From Candidatus Hadarchaeota archaeon (GTDB lineage Archaea; CAYQAE01; CAYVLA01), in assembly GCA_964621445.1 (NCBI GenBank), contig CAZUNO010000028.1:1-32655 (forward strand): a DNA stretch of 32,655 bases, in the 5' to 3' direction. Made by a program: the position numbers and the translations under genes. Shown here one piece after another: positions 1 through 8,380 of this stretch; positions within the stretch are counted from its first letter, which is position 1; every line of letters begins with the position of its first letter. The notes below the pieces were generated by a model. It saw only the letters and a list, made by a program, of their open reading frames with translations. It was not told where the DNA came from and ran no database searches.

Positions 1-101
1 ATGACAAGCAGGTCTTTAGGGACGGTGGCTCCCCCGAAGATGTAAAAAGAGCCTACGACGAGGCCTACGAGAGGATAGTTGGGGAAAAGCCCTCGTTCTG
101 A
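1..101 (+). CDS. purC: 3' end of SAICAR synthetase (partial, runs off window edge)
   Basis: Not in the ORF track. Frame from nt 3 reads DKQVFRDGGSPEDVKRAYDEAYERIVGEKPSF* (TGA 99-101), matching the PurC C-terminal DKxxFR...aYxexyeRi pattern. Confidence 0.8.
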   Translation, partial: DKQVFRDGGSPEDVKRAYDEAYERIVGEKPSF

Positions 102-178
102 AAGGAGCTCCTCACCTGTCAGGATGAGAAGGAAGTTATCTATTAGTGAGAAGATGTTTCCTGACTGCAAGGTCTGGA

Positions 179-1486
179 GTGATCATTCTGACCCAAAATG
201 AAAAGTTGGCCATTGAAGGCGGGAAACCGATAAAGGACACCCCTAACGTCCCCATGTTTCCCGGGGCCCTGGAGATGGGAGAGCTGGAGAGAAAATATGT
301 ACTCGAGGTCCTGGAAAGCAAGAAGCTCTTCAGGTATTATGGACCCGGCGTGGCCATCGAGGATTTTCCGGCCAAGACGGAGCGACTCGAGAAGGAGTTT
401 GCATCCCGGATGGGAACCCGGTATGCAACCGCGGTTAACTCCTGTACATCGGCGCTAATCGCCTCCCTAGTGGCCAGTGGGGTCGGGCCAGGAGACGAGG
501 TAATAATACCCGCATACACCTTCTTTGCCTCCTGCTCGGCGGTGATGATCGCCAAGGGAATTCCGGTTATTGCGGAGGTGGATGAAAGCCTGACTATGGA
601 CCCGGAGGACCTTGAATCCAAGATAACCGATCAAACCAAGGCAGTTATGCCTGTCCATATGAGGGGAGCTCCCTGCAAGATGGACGAAATAATGAGAATC
701 TCCAGTGAGCACGATCTCCGGGTTATCGAGGATACAGCTCAGGCCATGGGCGGTTCCTATGGTGGGAAGCCACTCGGCAGCTATGGAGATTGTGGATGCT
801 TCAGCCTTCAATATCACAAGATACTCACCAGTGGAGAGGGTGGTCTAGTGGTCACAGATGATGATGTGCTTTACGATAGGGTGAGAGCCTACCATGATGC
901 CGCCGCCTGCTGGCGTCCAAAAAGATTCGCCTCTCCCAGGTATAAAGGGGAGGTATTCCCAGGTGAGAACTATCGAATGAGCGAACTTACCGCAGCGGTG
1001 GCTCTTGCACAGCTTACCAAGTTGGACGAGGTAGTAGATGCGATGAGGGAGAGGAAGACCAGAATCAGGTCCGCCATAGAATCCATACCCGGCATCCGGC
1101 CCCGCACCATAAATGATGAACAGGGGGACACCTCGGTCTGCCTCATATTCTATATTGATAATCCGGATAGAACGAGAAGGTTTGCGGAGGCGCTAAGATG
1201 CGAAGGGGTGAACGCGGGGGCCATCTACGACGAGGGGATTCCCGATTGGCATATCTATGCCCATTGGCCCCATCTGATGAAAAAGCTCACAGCTACTCCT
1301 GAGGGATGCCCCTTTACCTGCCCCTATCATGACGGCGAGCCGCCCCAATACTCGGAGGATATGTGCCCAAACTCCCTTGATTATCTTTCCAGGTCAATAC
1401 ATATCGACATTCCGCCCCAGATGCCCCTGGAGGATTGCGATCTCATAGCCAGGGCCATAAAAAAGGTAGCCATAAACCTTGAATAG
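179..1486 (+). CDS. PLP-dependent DegT/DnrJ/EryC1/StrS sugar aminotransferase (KdnA-like subgroup)
   Basis: Motifs LAIEGG, GVGPGDEVIIPAYTF, IEDTAQA, FSLQYHKILTSGEGG (Schiff-base Lys), NYRMSE. Start uncertain: GTG 179, ATT 185 or CTG 188 after GGAGTGAT; ORF track start 146 is probably too long. Confidence 0.9.
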   Translation: MIILTQNEKLAIEGGKPIKDTPNVPMFPGALEMGELERKYVLEVLESKKLFRYYGPGVAIEDFPAKTERLEKEFASRMGTRYATAVNSCTSALIASLVASGVGPGDEVIIPAYTFFASCSAVMIAKGIPVIAEVDESLTMDPEDLESKITDQTKAVMPVHMRGAPCKMDEIMRISSEHDLRVIEDTAQAMGGSYGGKPLGSYGDCGCFSLQYHKILTSGEGGLVVTDDDVLYDRVRAYHDAAACWRPKRFASPRYKGEVFPGENYRMSELTAAVALAQLTKLDEVVDAMRERKTRIRSAIESIPGIRPRTINDEQGDTSVCLIFYIDNPDRTRRFAEALRCEGVNAGAIYDEGIPDWHIYAHWPHLMKKLTATPEGCPFTCPYHDGEPPQYSEDMCPNSLDYLSRSIHIDIPPQMPLEDCDLIARAIKKVAINLE

Positions 1487-1493
1487 GTCGGAT

Positions 1494-2549
1494 TCAGAAA
1501 TCAATGACCGTCTTAATCTCCTCCCTGTCTGGTTCAAAAGCCTGGAGAAAATCAGGTGGCTTTACTCTATCGGTTATCAACTTCTCCATGAGACCCGGAT
1601 AGCTATCTCTGGCCTCCTTCATATCACTAAGGCCGGCCACGAAGTGGCTCCGATTGGAATTAACCGAACCAAACATCAAACGATTACCCAAAACCATATC
1701 ATAAAGTATCTCCTGCACATCATCTAGATGGCCGGGGTTCCTGTAGTTTCCCAGGAAACATAGAACTCCGTTTCTTCCTATCATCCCCATGGCATCCATG
1801 GCTGGATTTACGTTCCCGGTGGCCTCCATGATTAGGTCAAAATCGCGAGAGAAGCCATCAAGGGGGCGCTGATTTACATCAACGTATTCCGCGCCCATCT
1901 CGGTTACCAGCCGAGCCTTAAGGCTCTCTCTCGATCTCGTGGCCGCCACTTTCACGGAAAAACCCCTTAACCTGAGTATCAGGGCCGTCAATAGGCCGAG
2001 TGGACCCGCTCCCAGGACAAATGCCCTTTCGGGCTTCCAAACCATTCTCTGTTGAATTCGCTGAACCTGTTGTATTGCTTTTTCACCTATGCTCATTGGT
2101 TCCAGCAGAACCGCCAGATCGGAAAGCTCCTCGGGGACCTTAACCAGGAAGTCCGCATCGGAAATGCACAATTCAGAGGCAAACCCGTGAAGTCCATTAA
2201 TCCCGTGCTCCTTGTAATCCCCCTTTATACACATGTCGCTCTCTGCTGATCTGCAATTAACGCAGTCATCCGGCCTCCTCACCGTGGGCACCACCAATTC
2301 CCCCTGTTCAAAACCCTCCGCGTCCCGGCCCTTCCTCTCTACCTTGGCCAGAGCCTCGTGCCCTAGAACCAGGTACGACAAACCATCGGGAGGGGTACCG
2401 TATATTCCCTCGTGTATCTCCCTATCAGTACCATCGATACCCACGCATACGGTTCGCAGCATTATTTGACCCGGACCTGGCTCGGGGTCGGGAATTTCCT
2501 CTAACCTCGCTGACATCTTATTTGGCGGACTGGCAACGATTGCCTTCAA
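1494..2549 (-). CDS. gdh: Zn-dependent glucose 1-dehydrogenase (archaeal MDR family)
   Basis: GIDGTDREI, LGHE, VRRP-DDCVNC...DMC, EPMSIGEKA, GAGPLG, GSVNSN. Start placed at TTG 2549 (LKAIV) after a G-rich RBS. Confidence 0.88.
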   Translation of the reverse strand: MKAIVASPPNKMSARLEEIPDPEPGPGQIMLRTVCVGIDGTDREIHEGIYGTPPDGLSYLVLGHEALAKVERKGRDAEGFEQGELVVPTVRRPDDCVNCRSAESDMCIKGDYKEHGINGLHGFASELCISDADFLVKVPEELSDLAVLLEPMSIGEKAIQQVQRIQQRMVWKPERAFVLGAGPLGLLTALILRLRGFSVKVAATRSRESLKARLVTEMGAEYVDVNQRPLDGFSRDFDLIMEATGNVNPAMDAMGMIGRNGVLCFLGNYRNPGHLDDVQEILYDMVLGNRLMFGSVNSNRSHFVAGLSDMKEARDSYPGLMEKLITDRVKPPDFLQAFEPDREEIKTVIDF

Positions 2550-2711
2550 AAATTGGCCCCCTTTTAACCGGCTAAATAGTCCTAGATCAGAGGGAAGGTT
2601 AAGTCTGTTTCCTGAATAAAACTGCCTTGAAATAATCGCCAAAGACCACATGGCCGATGTTCCAGGTGATTCAAACAGTCACCGACAAGGATTTGTGCGG
2701 AAATATGGCAC

Positions 2712-2747
2712 GGTGATTATTTTTAGGCAACGCTAAAAAATAACCCC
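2712..2747. promoter_or_regulatory. Imperfect palindrome overlapping a TATA-like element of the polyferredoxin gene
   Basis: TTATTTTTAG-GCAACG-CTAAAAAATAA (2717-2743). The A/T run lies about 25 nt upstream of GTG 2762, which has no RBS (leaderless geometry). Confidence 0.4.
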
Positions 2748-2761
2748 GAGTATACATAATC

Positions 2762-3166
2762 GTGTACCTGACAACCTCGGACTGCATTAAATGCGGAAAA
2801 TGTCTAAGGAGATGCCCCACGGGGGCTATTCGAAAGACTGAGGATGACTATTTTCTGACCTGCATTAACTGTGGTGAGTGCGCGCGGATTTGCCCTTCAA
2901 AGGCCATAAAGAAGAACAAGAGAGGAGGGTACTATGTGGATAAGGAAAAGTGTACCGGATGTGGCCTCTGCGAGGCTATCTGCCCCACCAATAGCATCAC
3001 TATGGAGGAGGGCCACCCACGTGGAATATGCCTTCGTTGCGGCCTGTGCGCCAAGGTATGTCCGGTAAATGCCAGAGTAGACGTTAAAAGAAATGTCCAA
3101 AAACTGAAGGACAAGCGGGAAAGGGAGAAAGGCGAAAAAAAGCTGGTTGAGATTGCAGCCGACTAG
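2762..3166 (+). CDS. Polyferredoxin, 4x[4Fe-4S], resembling the N-terminal part of EhbK
   Basis: Four CxxCxxCxxxCP motifs, with AIKKNKRGGYYVDKEKC and GICLRCGLCAKVCPVNARVD; basic C-terminal tail. Confidence 0.85.
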   Translation: MYLTTSDCIKCGKCLRRCPTGAIRKTEDDYFLTCINCGECARICPSKAIKKNKRGGYYVDKEKCTGCGLCEAICPTNSITMEEGHPRGICLRCGLCAKVCPVNARVDVKRNVQKLKDKREREKGEKKLVEIAAD

Positions 3167-3217
3167 ACCGGATAATGGCAAACCTTCATAAGCCAGGGCA
3201 ACATCAAGTCTTAGGTC

Positions 3218-3859
3218 ATGTCCTGGATGACAGACACCTATCTATCACTTGCATTTCTCGCCATCTGGAATATGGCAGTTCTACACTATGTTTCTAAAGG
3301 ATTCTATGATTGGGCAAAGGGGAAGGAGGACCTCCCTGCTACCTATATCAGCCGAAAGGTGGTACATATACTTGCCGGAGGGGTCACCACCCTTCTAATT
3401 CCTGTCCTCTTTAAAGGGAACTACTGGCTGGTGGTGGTAGCTGCACTGTTATTAGCATCATACGTCCACTTGAGAAGATCCTGGAAACCCCTTTACTGGT
3501 TCCAGGTAGGTCAGAATTCCTACGAGGTGCATTTTGCCCTGGCCTATGCCCTCGTGTTATCGGTTGGCGTGCTACTGAATAACATCTGGGTGGCCATTAT
3601 ACCGATGCTGTTTATGTCCTTCGGCGATTCAGCCACAGGTCTGGTCAGGGCATGGAGGCAGAAGAAACACGTGAAATCCTGGGACGGTACCATCGCCATG
3701 TTCTCGGTATGTTCAGTCATCGCCTATCCAATCCTGGGCCTTCTGGGAATTTTACTCGCCTTCATGGCAAGTCTGGTCGAAAGGATACCCAATGTCGATG
3801 ATAATATAACCGTGCCCACGCTATCAGCTGCCATGGTCTATCTAATACTGACTCTATAA
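3218..3859 (+). CDS. Dolichol/polyprenol kinase (SEC59/cytidylyltransferase-like membrane family)
   Basis: Multi-TM protein with SRKVVH, SFGDSATGLVR, KSWDGT, DDNITVP motifs. Confidence 0.8.
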   Translation: MSWMTDTYLSLAFLAIWNMAVLHYVSKGFYDWAKGKEDLPATYISRKVVHILAGGVTTLLIPVLFKGNYWLVVVAALLLASYVHLRRSWKPLYWFQVGQNSYEVHFALAYALVLSVGVLLNNIWVAIIPMLFMSFGDSATGLVRAWRQKKHVKSWDGTIAMFSVCSVIAYPILGLLGILLAFMASLVERIPNVDDNITVPTLSAAMVYLILTL

Positions 3860-3944
3860 TTTACAGGCAACCAAAAACCTCCCCTGAGGGTAGTAATCCA
3901 ATTTAATAGCGATACGAGATCTTTCTAGAAAAGGAGCTTGTGCC

Positions 3945-4889
3945 ATGGAGGAAATAAGGGAAATCAAAAAGGGTATAAGGAGTCTTGAGATTCAAGGTGC
4001 CAGAAATGTGGCCATACAGGGCCTTAGAGCCATGAAGATTCTGGCACTCACCGCTGAAGCGGACTCTACCGCCGACCTGGTCAAACAGATGTCAAAGTTG
4101 GCACCTGAACTATCAAGGATAAGGGTGACCGAACCCGCCCTTAGGAACGGTCTTGCCACGGTCCTTGAAGCGATTAGGGACAGGGACGATATCGATCTGG
4201 AAAACCTCAGGAAATTGGCCGGGAAAGAGGTTGATCATTTTCACGATAAATTGAATTCCAATATAGCAAATATCTGCAAATATGGTTCAGAAGCCATTCC
4301 TGACGGATCAACTATTTTTACGCACTGTCACAGCTCCAGTGTAACCAGCCTCATAATTTCCCAGTCTAAGATCAAGGACCTCCGCGTGATCTGTACCGAG
4401 ACCAGGCCTAGGTGGCAGGGAAGAAAAACCGCATACGAGTTGGCAGAGAACCAGATAGACACCACCCTGTTCGTCGATTCGGCCACCCACATGTACCTCC
4501 CCGAGGCCGACCTAGTGCTCATCGGGGCAGATTCAGTCGGAGGAGGACGCCTCTATAATAAGATCGGGTCCTACGCATTGATTCACTTTGCCAAACGAAT
4601 GGATATACCCACATATTCCGTTTGCGAAACCCAGAAATTCGATCCATTAGTTGGAATTGGGTACGTTCAGCCAGTTGAGCAGAGACCAGCATCCGAGGTC
4701 ATCGATGGGGAGGTCCCGTTCAAGGTTCGTAACCCCGCATTCGAAACTGTTCCCGTGGATATGATGGAAGGAATAATCACCGAGGATGGAATAGTTAAAC
4801 CTCAAGAAGTAAGCGCAGTGCTGGAAAAGTACGAACATCTTGTGCCCGAATTAAAGAGATTGGTAGATTGGGATGACTGGGAGGAGTAA
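3945..4889 (+). CDS. Ribose 1,5-bisphosphate isomerase (eIF-2B alpha/beta/delta family)
   Basis: IQGARNVA, RVTEPALRNG, THCHSS (catalytic Cys), ETRPRWQG, IGAD, NKIGS, NPAFE; immediately upstream of AMP phosphorylase; RBS AAGGAG. Confidence 0.9.
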   Translation: MEEIREIKKGIRSLEIQGARNVAIQGLRAMKILALTAEADSTADLVKQMSKLAPELSRIRVTEPALRNGLATVLEAIRDRDDIDLENLRKLAGKEVDHFHDKLNSNIANICKYGSEAIPDGSTIFTHCHSSSVTSLIISQSKIKDLRVICTETRPRWQGRKTAYELAENQIDTTLFVDSATHMYLPEADLVLIGADSVGGGRLYNKIGSYALIHFAKRMDIPTYSVCETQKFDPLVGIGYVQPVEQRPASEVIDGEVPFKVRNPAFETVPVDMMEGIITEDGIVKPQEVSAVLEKYEHLVPELKRLVDWDDWEE

Positions 4890-4891
4890 TC

Positions 4892-6430
4892 ATTAAGCTA
4901 AGCACCAAGTTCCTTGATATCCAGGCGGGCGAATATCTTGTCGCCCTGTTAAACCAGAAGGATGCCGACGAGCTGGGGCTCAAGGCGGTGGACCGCGTCA
5001 GGCTCAAGGCGGATGGAAAGGACATCGTCGCCATCCTGGATATAGCAACTGAGACCGTGAAACAGGGCGAGATTGGAATCTACGAGGACCTGAAAAGGTA
5101 TCTAGGACAACCAGATGAAGTAGAGGTCACCCCCGCGGTTAAACCAAAATCGGTGAGGTACATCACCGATCGAATAAAGGGTAGGATGCTGCAGGCGGGC
5201 GAGCACTACCAGATCGTCAAGGACGTGATGGACAGAAGTCTCTCCTTCCTTGAAATAGCGGCCTTTATCACCTCTCTGGAAATGAGACCGCTCAGCCTTG
5301 ACGAGGCAGAGGCCATAACCAGGGCCATGGTTGACCTTGGCGAGGAACTAGAATGGAACCAGCACCCGATCTTCGACAAACACAGCATTGGTGGTGTCCC
5401 AGGAGACAAAACTACCATGTTGTTGGTACCAACCATAGCCAGCCTGGGTTACACCATACCAAAGACATCCTCCAGGGCCATCACCTCCCCAGCCGGGACT
5501 GCCGACAGGGTCGAGGTATTGTGTCCCGTCGACCTTGATATTGGAGAAATCAGGGAAGTGGTCTCCAAAACACAAGGATGTATGGTATGGGGAGGAGCGG
5601 TCGATCTGGCACCGGCCGATGATATATTCATTCAGGTGGAATATCCGTTATCCATAGATCCCCTTTACCTCCCATCCGTGTTGGGGAAGAAGAAGGCGGC
5701 GGGAGCCGATTACGTGGTCATTGACTTACCAACTGGAAAGGGCGCCAAGCTGAGCACCTTTGATGATGCCAACGAATTCGGTCGCGACTTCATACGCCTG
5801 GGCACCAAGCTGGGAATGCATATCCAGTGCGGAATTACCTTCGGGGAACAACCTATTGGAAGAAATATCGGCCCTGCGCTGGAAGCCCGTGAAGCCATCG
5901 AGACACTGCTGGACCCTCAAAAAACCCCGGACCTGGTTCACAAGGTCGCTTCGCTTTCAGGAATACTCCTGGGCATGCATGGAATCGAAAATGGAAAGGA
6001 AAAGGCCATGAATGCCATAAAATCTGGCAAGGCCTATGAGAAGATGAAGGAGATCATTGAGGCCCAGGGAGGCGACCCCGAAATCAAGCCAAACGAGATT
6101 TCGGTTGGGCAATGTACCCTGGATATAGAAAGCGAAAGGTCAGGTGAGGTGTTCTGGATAGATAACGGCCAGATCGTAAGTATCGCCAGGAGCCTCGGTA
6201 ATCCAAGTCATGGTGGCGCAGGCATCCAGATACCTCACAAGATAGGGGATAGGGTTGAGAAAGGGGACATCATCCTCAGACTATATGCTGACAAAGCAAG
6301 CAACCTGTCGAGAACGGAAAGAATGTTGGAGGATATGGAGCCTGTTATGATTGCCGACAAATTATCCGATCGCGTTCTCATGGGCCAGGTGGCGGAACTC
6401 CCTGAATCCACTTTCATCCTTGAGAGATGA
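4892..6430 (+). CDS. deoA: AMP phosphorylase (archaeal thymidine phosphorylase family)
   Basis: DKHSIGGVPGDKTT, PKTSSRAITSPAGTAD, WGGAVDLAPADD, QPIGRNIGPALEAREA, IIEAQGG. Frame is open upstream of ORF-track GTG 4988 to ATT 4892 and encodes the family N-terminus (KLSTKFLDIQAGEYLVALLNQKDADELGL). Confidence 0.93.
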   Translation: MKLSTKFLDIQAGEYLVALLNQKDADELGLKAVDRVRLKADGKDIVAILDIATETVKQGEIGIYEDLKRYLGQPDEVEVTPAVKPKSVRYITDRIKGRMLQAGEHYQIVKDVMDRSLSFLEIAAFITSLEMRPLSLDEAEAITRAMVDLGEELEWNQHPIFDKHSIGGVPGDKTTMLLVPTIASLGYTIPKTSSRAITSPAGTADRVEVLCPVDLDIGEIREVVSKTQGCMVWGGAVDLAPADDIFIQVEYPLSIDPLYLPSVLGKKKAAGADYVVIDLPTGKGAKLSTFDDANEFGRDFIRLGTKLGMHIQCGITFGEQPIGRNIGPALEAREAIETLLDPQKTPDLVHKVASLSGILLGMHGIENGKEKAMNAIKSGKAYEKMKEIIEAQGGDPEIKPNEISVGQCTLDIESERSGEVFWIDNGQIVSIARSLGNPSHGGAGIQIPHKIGDRVEKGDIILRLYADKASNLSRTERMLEDMEPVMIADKLSDRVLMGQVAELPESTFILER

Positions 6431-6490
6431 AGAGACATCCAGCTTAAAAAGAGTTATAAGAACTCAGGGGGACTAGGAGGTTAGAGAACA

Positions 6491-6649
6491 ATGACCGACA
6501 TGTCGGAAATATATGAAATCAAGGACGGAAAAATCCAGAGGAAGCGCAAGGAGTGTCCAAGATGCGGCGCCGGTGTATATATGGCCGAACACGACAACAG
6601 GAGTTCCTGCGGTAAATGTGGATACACCATTTTTGAGAAATCGGAATAG
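6491..6649 (+). CDS. rps27ae: 30S ribosomal protein S27ae (eS31)
   Basis: Not in ORF track (52 aa): [52 protein letters not shown]; zinc ribbon CPRC...CGKCGYT; RBS GGAGGT upstream. Confidence 0.96.
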   Translation: MTDMSEIYEIKDGKIQRKRKECPRCGAGVYMAEHDNRSSCGKCGYTIFEKSE

Positions 6650-6746
6650 TTCCATCGTAATCTTCACCCCCGGCAGAGATACTGGGTCACTTCTAATCGA
6701 GTGTTGATGCCTGAGACATGATCCATCAAAACGGTTTTGAGGCGGA

Positions 6747-7739
6747 ATGCCCACAATATGTCTTGGAATGGAGGGAACGGCCCACACCTTGGGAATAGGG
6801 CTGGCGACCGACGAGGGGGAGATTCTGGCCAACAGGAAAAGCGAATATAGCCCGGTCCGTGGAGGAATCCATCCCAGAGAGGCCGCACAGCATCATGGCG
6901 AGGAACTATCCCAACTTCTGTCCGATACCATTTCCGGGGCGGACCTACAAATCACCGATATCGATGTCCTGGCCTTCTCCAGGGGGCCAGGCCTGGGACC
7001 ATGCCTTAGAACCGTCGCCACAGCTAGCAGGGCGCTTGCCATCCACCTGGGTATACCGCTGGTTGGCGTCAATCACTGTGTGGCCCATATAGAGATCGGG
7101 AAGCTTACCACTGATTGCCTGGACCCGGTTACCGTCTACGTATCGGGGGGAAGCACCCAGATCCTGGCCCATGTAGGGGGTCGGTACCGGGTTTTCGGGG
7201 AAACCCAGGACATTGCTCTGGGTAACGCCCTGGATACCTTTGCCCGGGAGGTGGGAATCGAAGGCTTTCCAGGAGGCAAGGAGGTCGAGAAGCTGGCAAA
7301 GGGTGGGCAATACGTCGATCTTCCCTACACGGTAAAGGGAACCGATCTGAGCTTCTCTGGTCTGGTTACACATGCTGTGGACCTCCATGAGGCGGGAGAA
7401 ACCGTTCCCAACCTCTGTTACTCGGTCCAGGAGGTGGCATTCTCGATGCTAACCGAGGTCGCTGAGAGGGCCCTCGCCCACACCGGGAAACGTGAGATAT
7501 TGCTCACCGGAGGAGTGGCCGCCAACAAGAGACTGTGTGACATGTTGAATACCATGTGCAGGGAGAGAGATGCCAGGTTCTCTGCTGTTCCCTTCCAGTA
7601 CGCCATGGATAATGGAGCGATGATCGCCTGGAACGGAATTCAGATATACGAATCCGGCGGATCCATCAAGGCAAGGGATTCCGTAGTTAGACCGAGATGG
7701 AGAACCGATCAGGTTGCCACCAGGTGGATAACAAAATGA
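6747..7739 (+). CDS. kae1: KEOPS complex tRNA N6-threonylcarbamoyltransferase Kae1
   Basis: GMEGTAHTLG, GGIHPREAAQHH, GPGLGPCL, VNHCVAHIEIG, YVSGG, GGVAAN, DNGAMIAW, RWRTDQV. Confidence 0.97.
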   Translation: MPTICLGMEGTAHTLGIGLATDEGEILANRKSEYSPVRGGIHPREAAQHHGEELSQLLSDTISGADLQITDIDVLAFSRGPGLGPCLRTVATASRALAIHLGIPLVGVNHCVAHIEIGKLTTDCLDPVTVYVSGGSTQILAHVGGRYRVFGETQDIALGNALDTFAREVGIEGFPGGKEVEKLAKGGQYVDLPYTVKGTDLSFSGLVTHAVDLHEAGETVPNLCYSVQEVAFSMLTEVAERALAHTGKREILLTGGVAANKRLCDMLNTMCRERDARFSAVPFQYAMDNGAMIAWNGIQIYESGGSIKARDSVVRPRWRTDQVATRWITK

Positions 7740-8380
7740 AAACTCTCGCCAAGGGAGCAGAGGCCGACCTCTACGTGACCGATTTCTCCCGCGTATATTT
7801 TTCCTCTTCCACATTTTCAAAGATAATCATCAAGAAAAGAATTCCCAAGGGTTACCGGGAACCGAGCCTTGACCTCCAACTTCGCAGGAGGAGGACCCTT
7901 TCGGAGGCCAAGATCATAGGCGACTCCCGGGAGGCCGGCGCCAATGTACCCTTCATCATCGGTGTCTGGCAGGATGAATGTATTATCGTTATGGAAAAGG
8001 TTGAGGGAGTAGTGCTTAAGGAGTACCTCAACCAGGCAGATCAGTCCCCTGAAGACGTCTGCAGGTCTGCAGGCCGCCAGCTAGGCATCCTTCATGCCAA
8101 TGGTATCATCCATGGTGACCCAACTACATCCAACATGATAGTCCGCGATGGGGAGGTACATCTCATCGATTTTGGCCTCGCCGAATACAGCGGAAGCCTG
8201 GAAAAAAGGGCGGTTGACCTCCATCTCCTTAAGACGGCCATGAAAAGCACCCATTACCAGGAATTTAGCAGCCTATACTCAGCATGCCTGAGGGGATACA
8301 AGGCAAGGGCTGGCCAGTATGACCAGGTTCTGGACAGGTGCCGTTCGATCGAGAAGAGAGGACGTTATGTTGACAGATAA
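7736..8380 (+). CDS. bud32: KEOPS complex kinase/ATPase Bud32
   Basis: KGAEA, KKRIPKGYR, HGDPTTSN, IDFGL, AVDLHL, RGRY; ATGA overlap with kae1 stop. Confidence 0.95.
   Translation: MKTLAKGAEADLYVTDFSRVYFSSSTFSKIIIKKRIPKGYREPSLDLQLRRRRTLSEAKIIGDSREAGANVPFIIGVWQDECIIVMEKVEGVVLKEYLNQADQSPEDVCRSAGRQLGILHANGIIHGDPTTSNMIVRDGEVHLIDFGLAEYSGSLEKRAVDLHLLKTAMKSTHYQEFSSLYSACLRGYKARAGQYDQVLDRCRSIEKRGRYVDR

Noticed and set aside
6650-6746. Possible C/D-box sRNA or hairpin (TTGATG...CTGA...CATCAA) between rps27ae and kae1
   Set aside because: No canonical RUGAUGA box with a correctly spaced terminal CUGA; stem is only 6 bp.
6473-6888. ORF-track ORFs 6473-6832(-), 6513-6707(+), 6664-6888(-)
   Set aside because: Shadows of the real rps27ae (6491-6649) and kae1.
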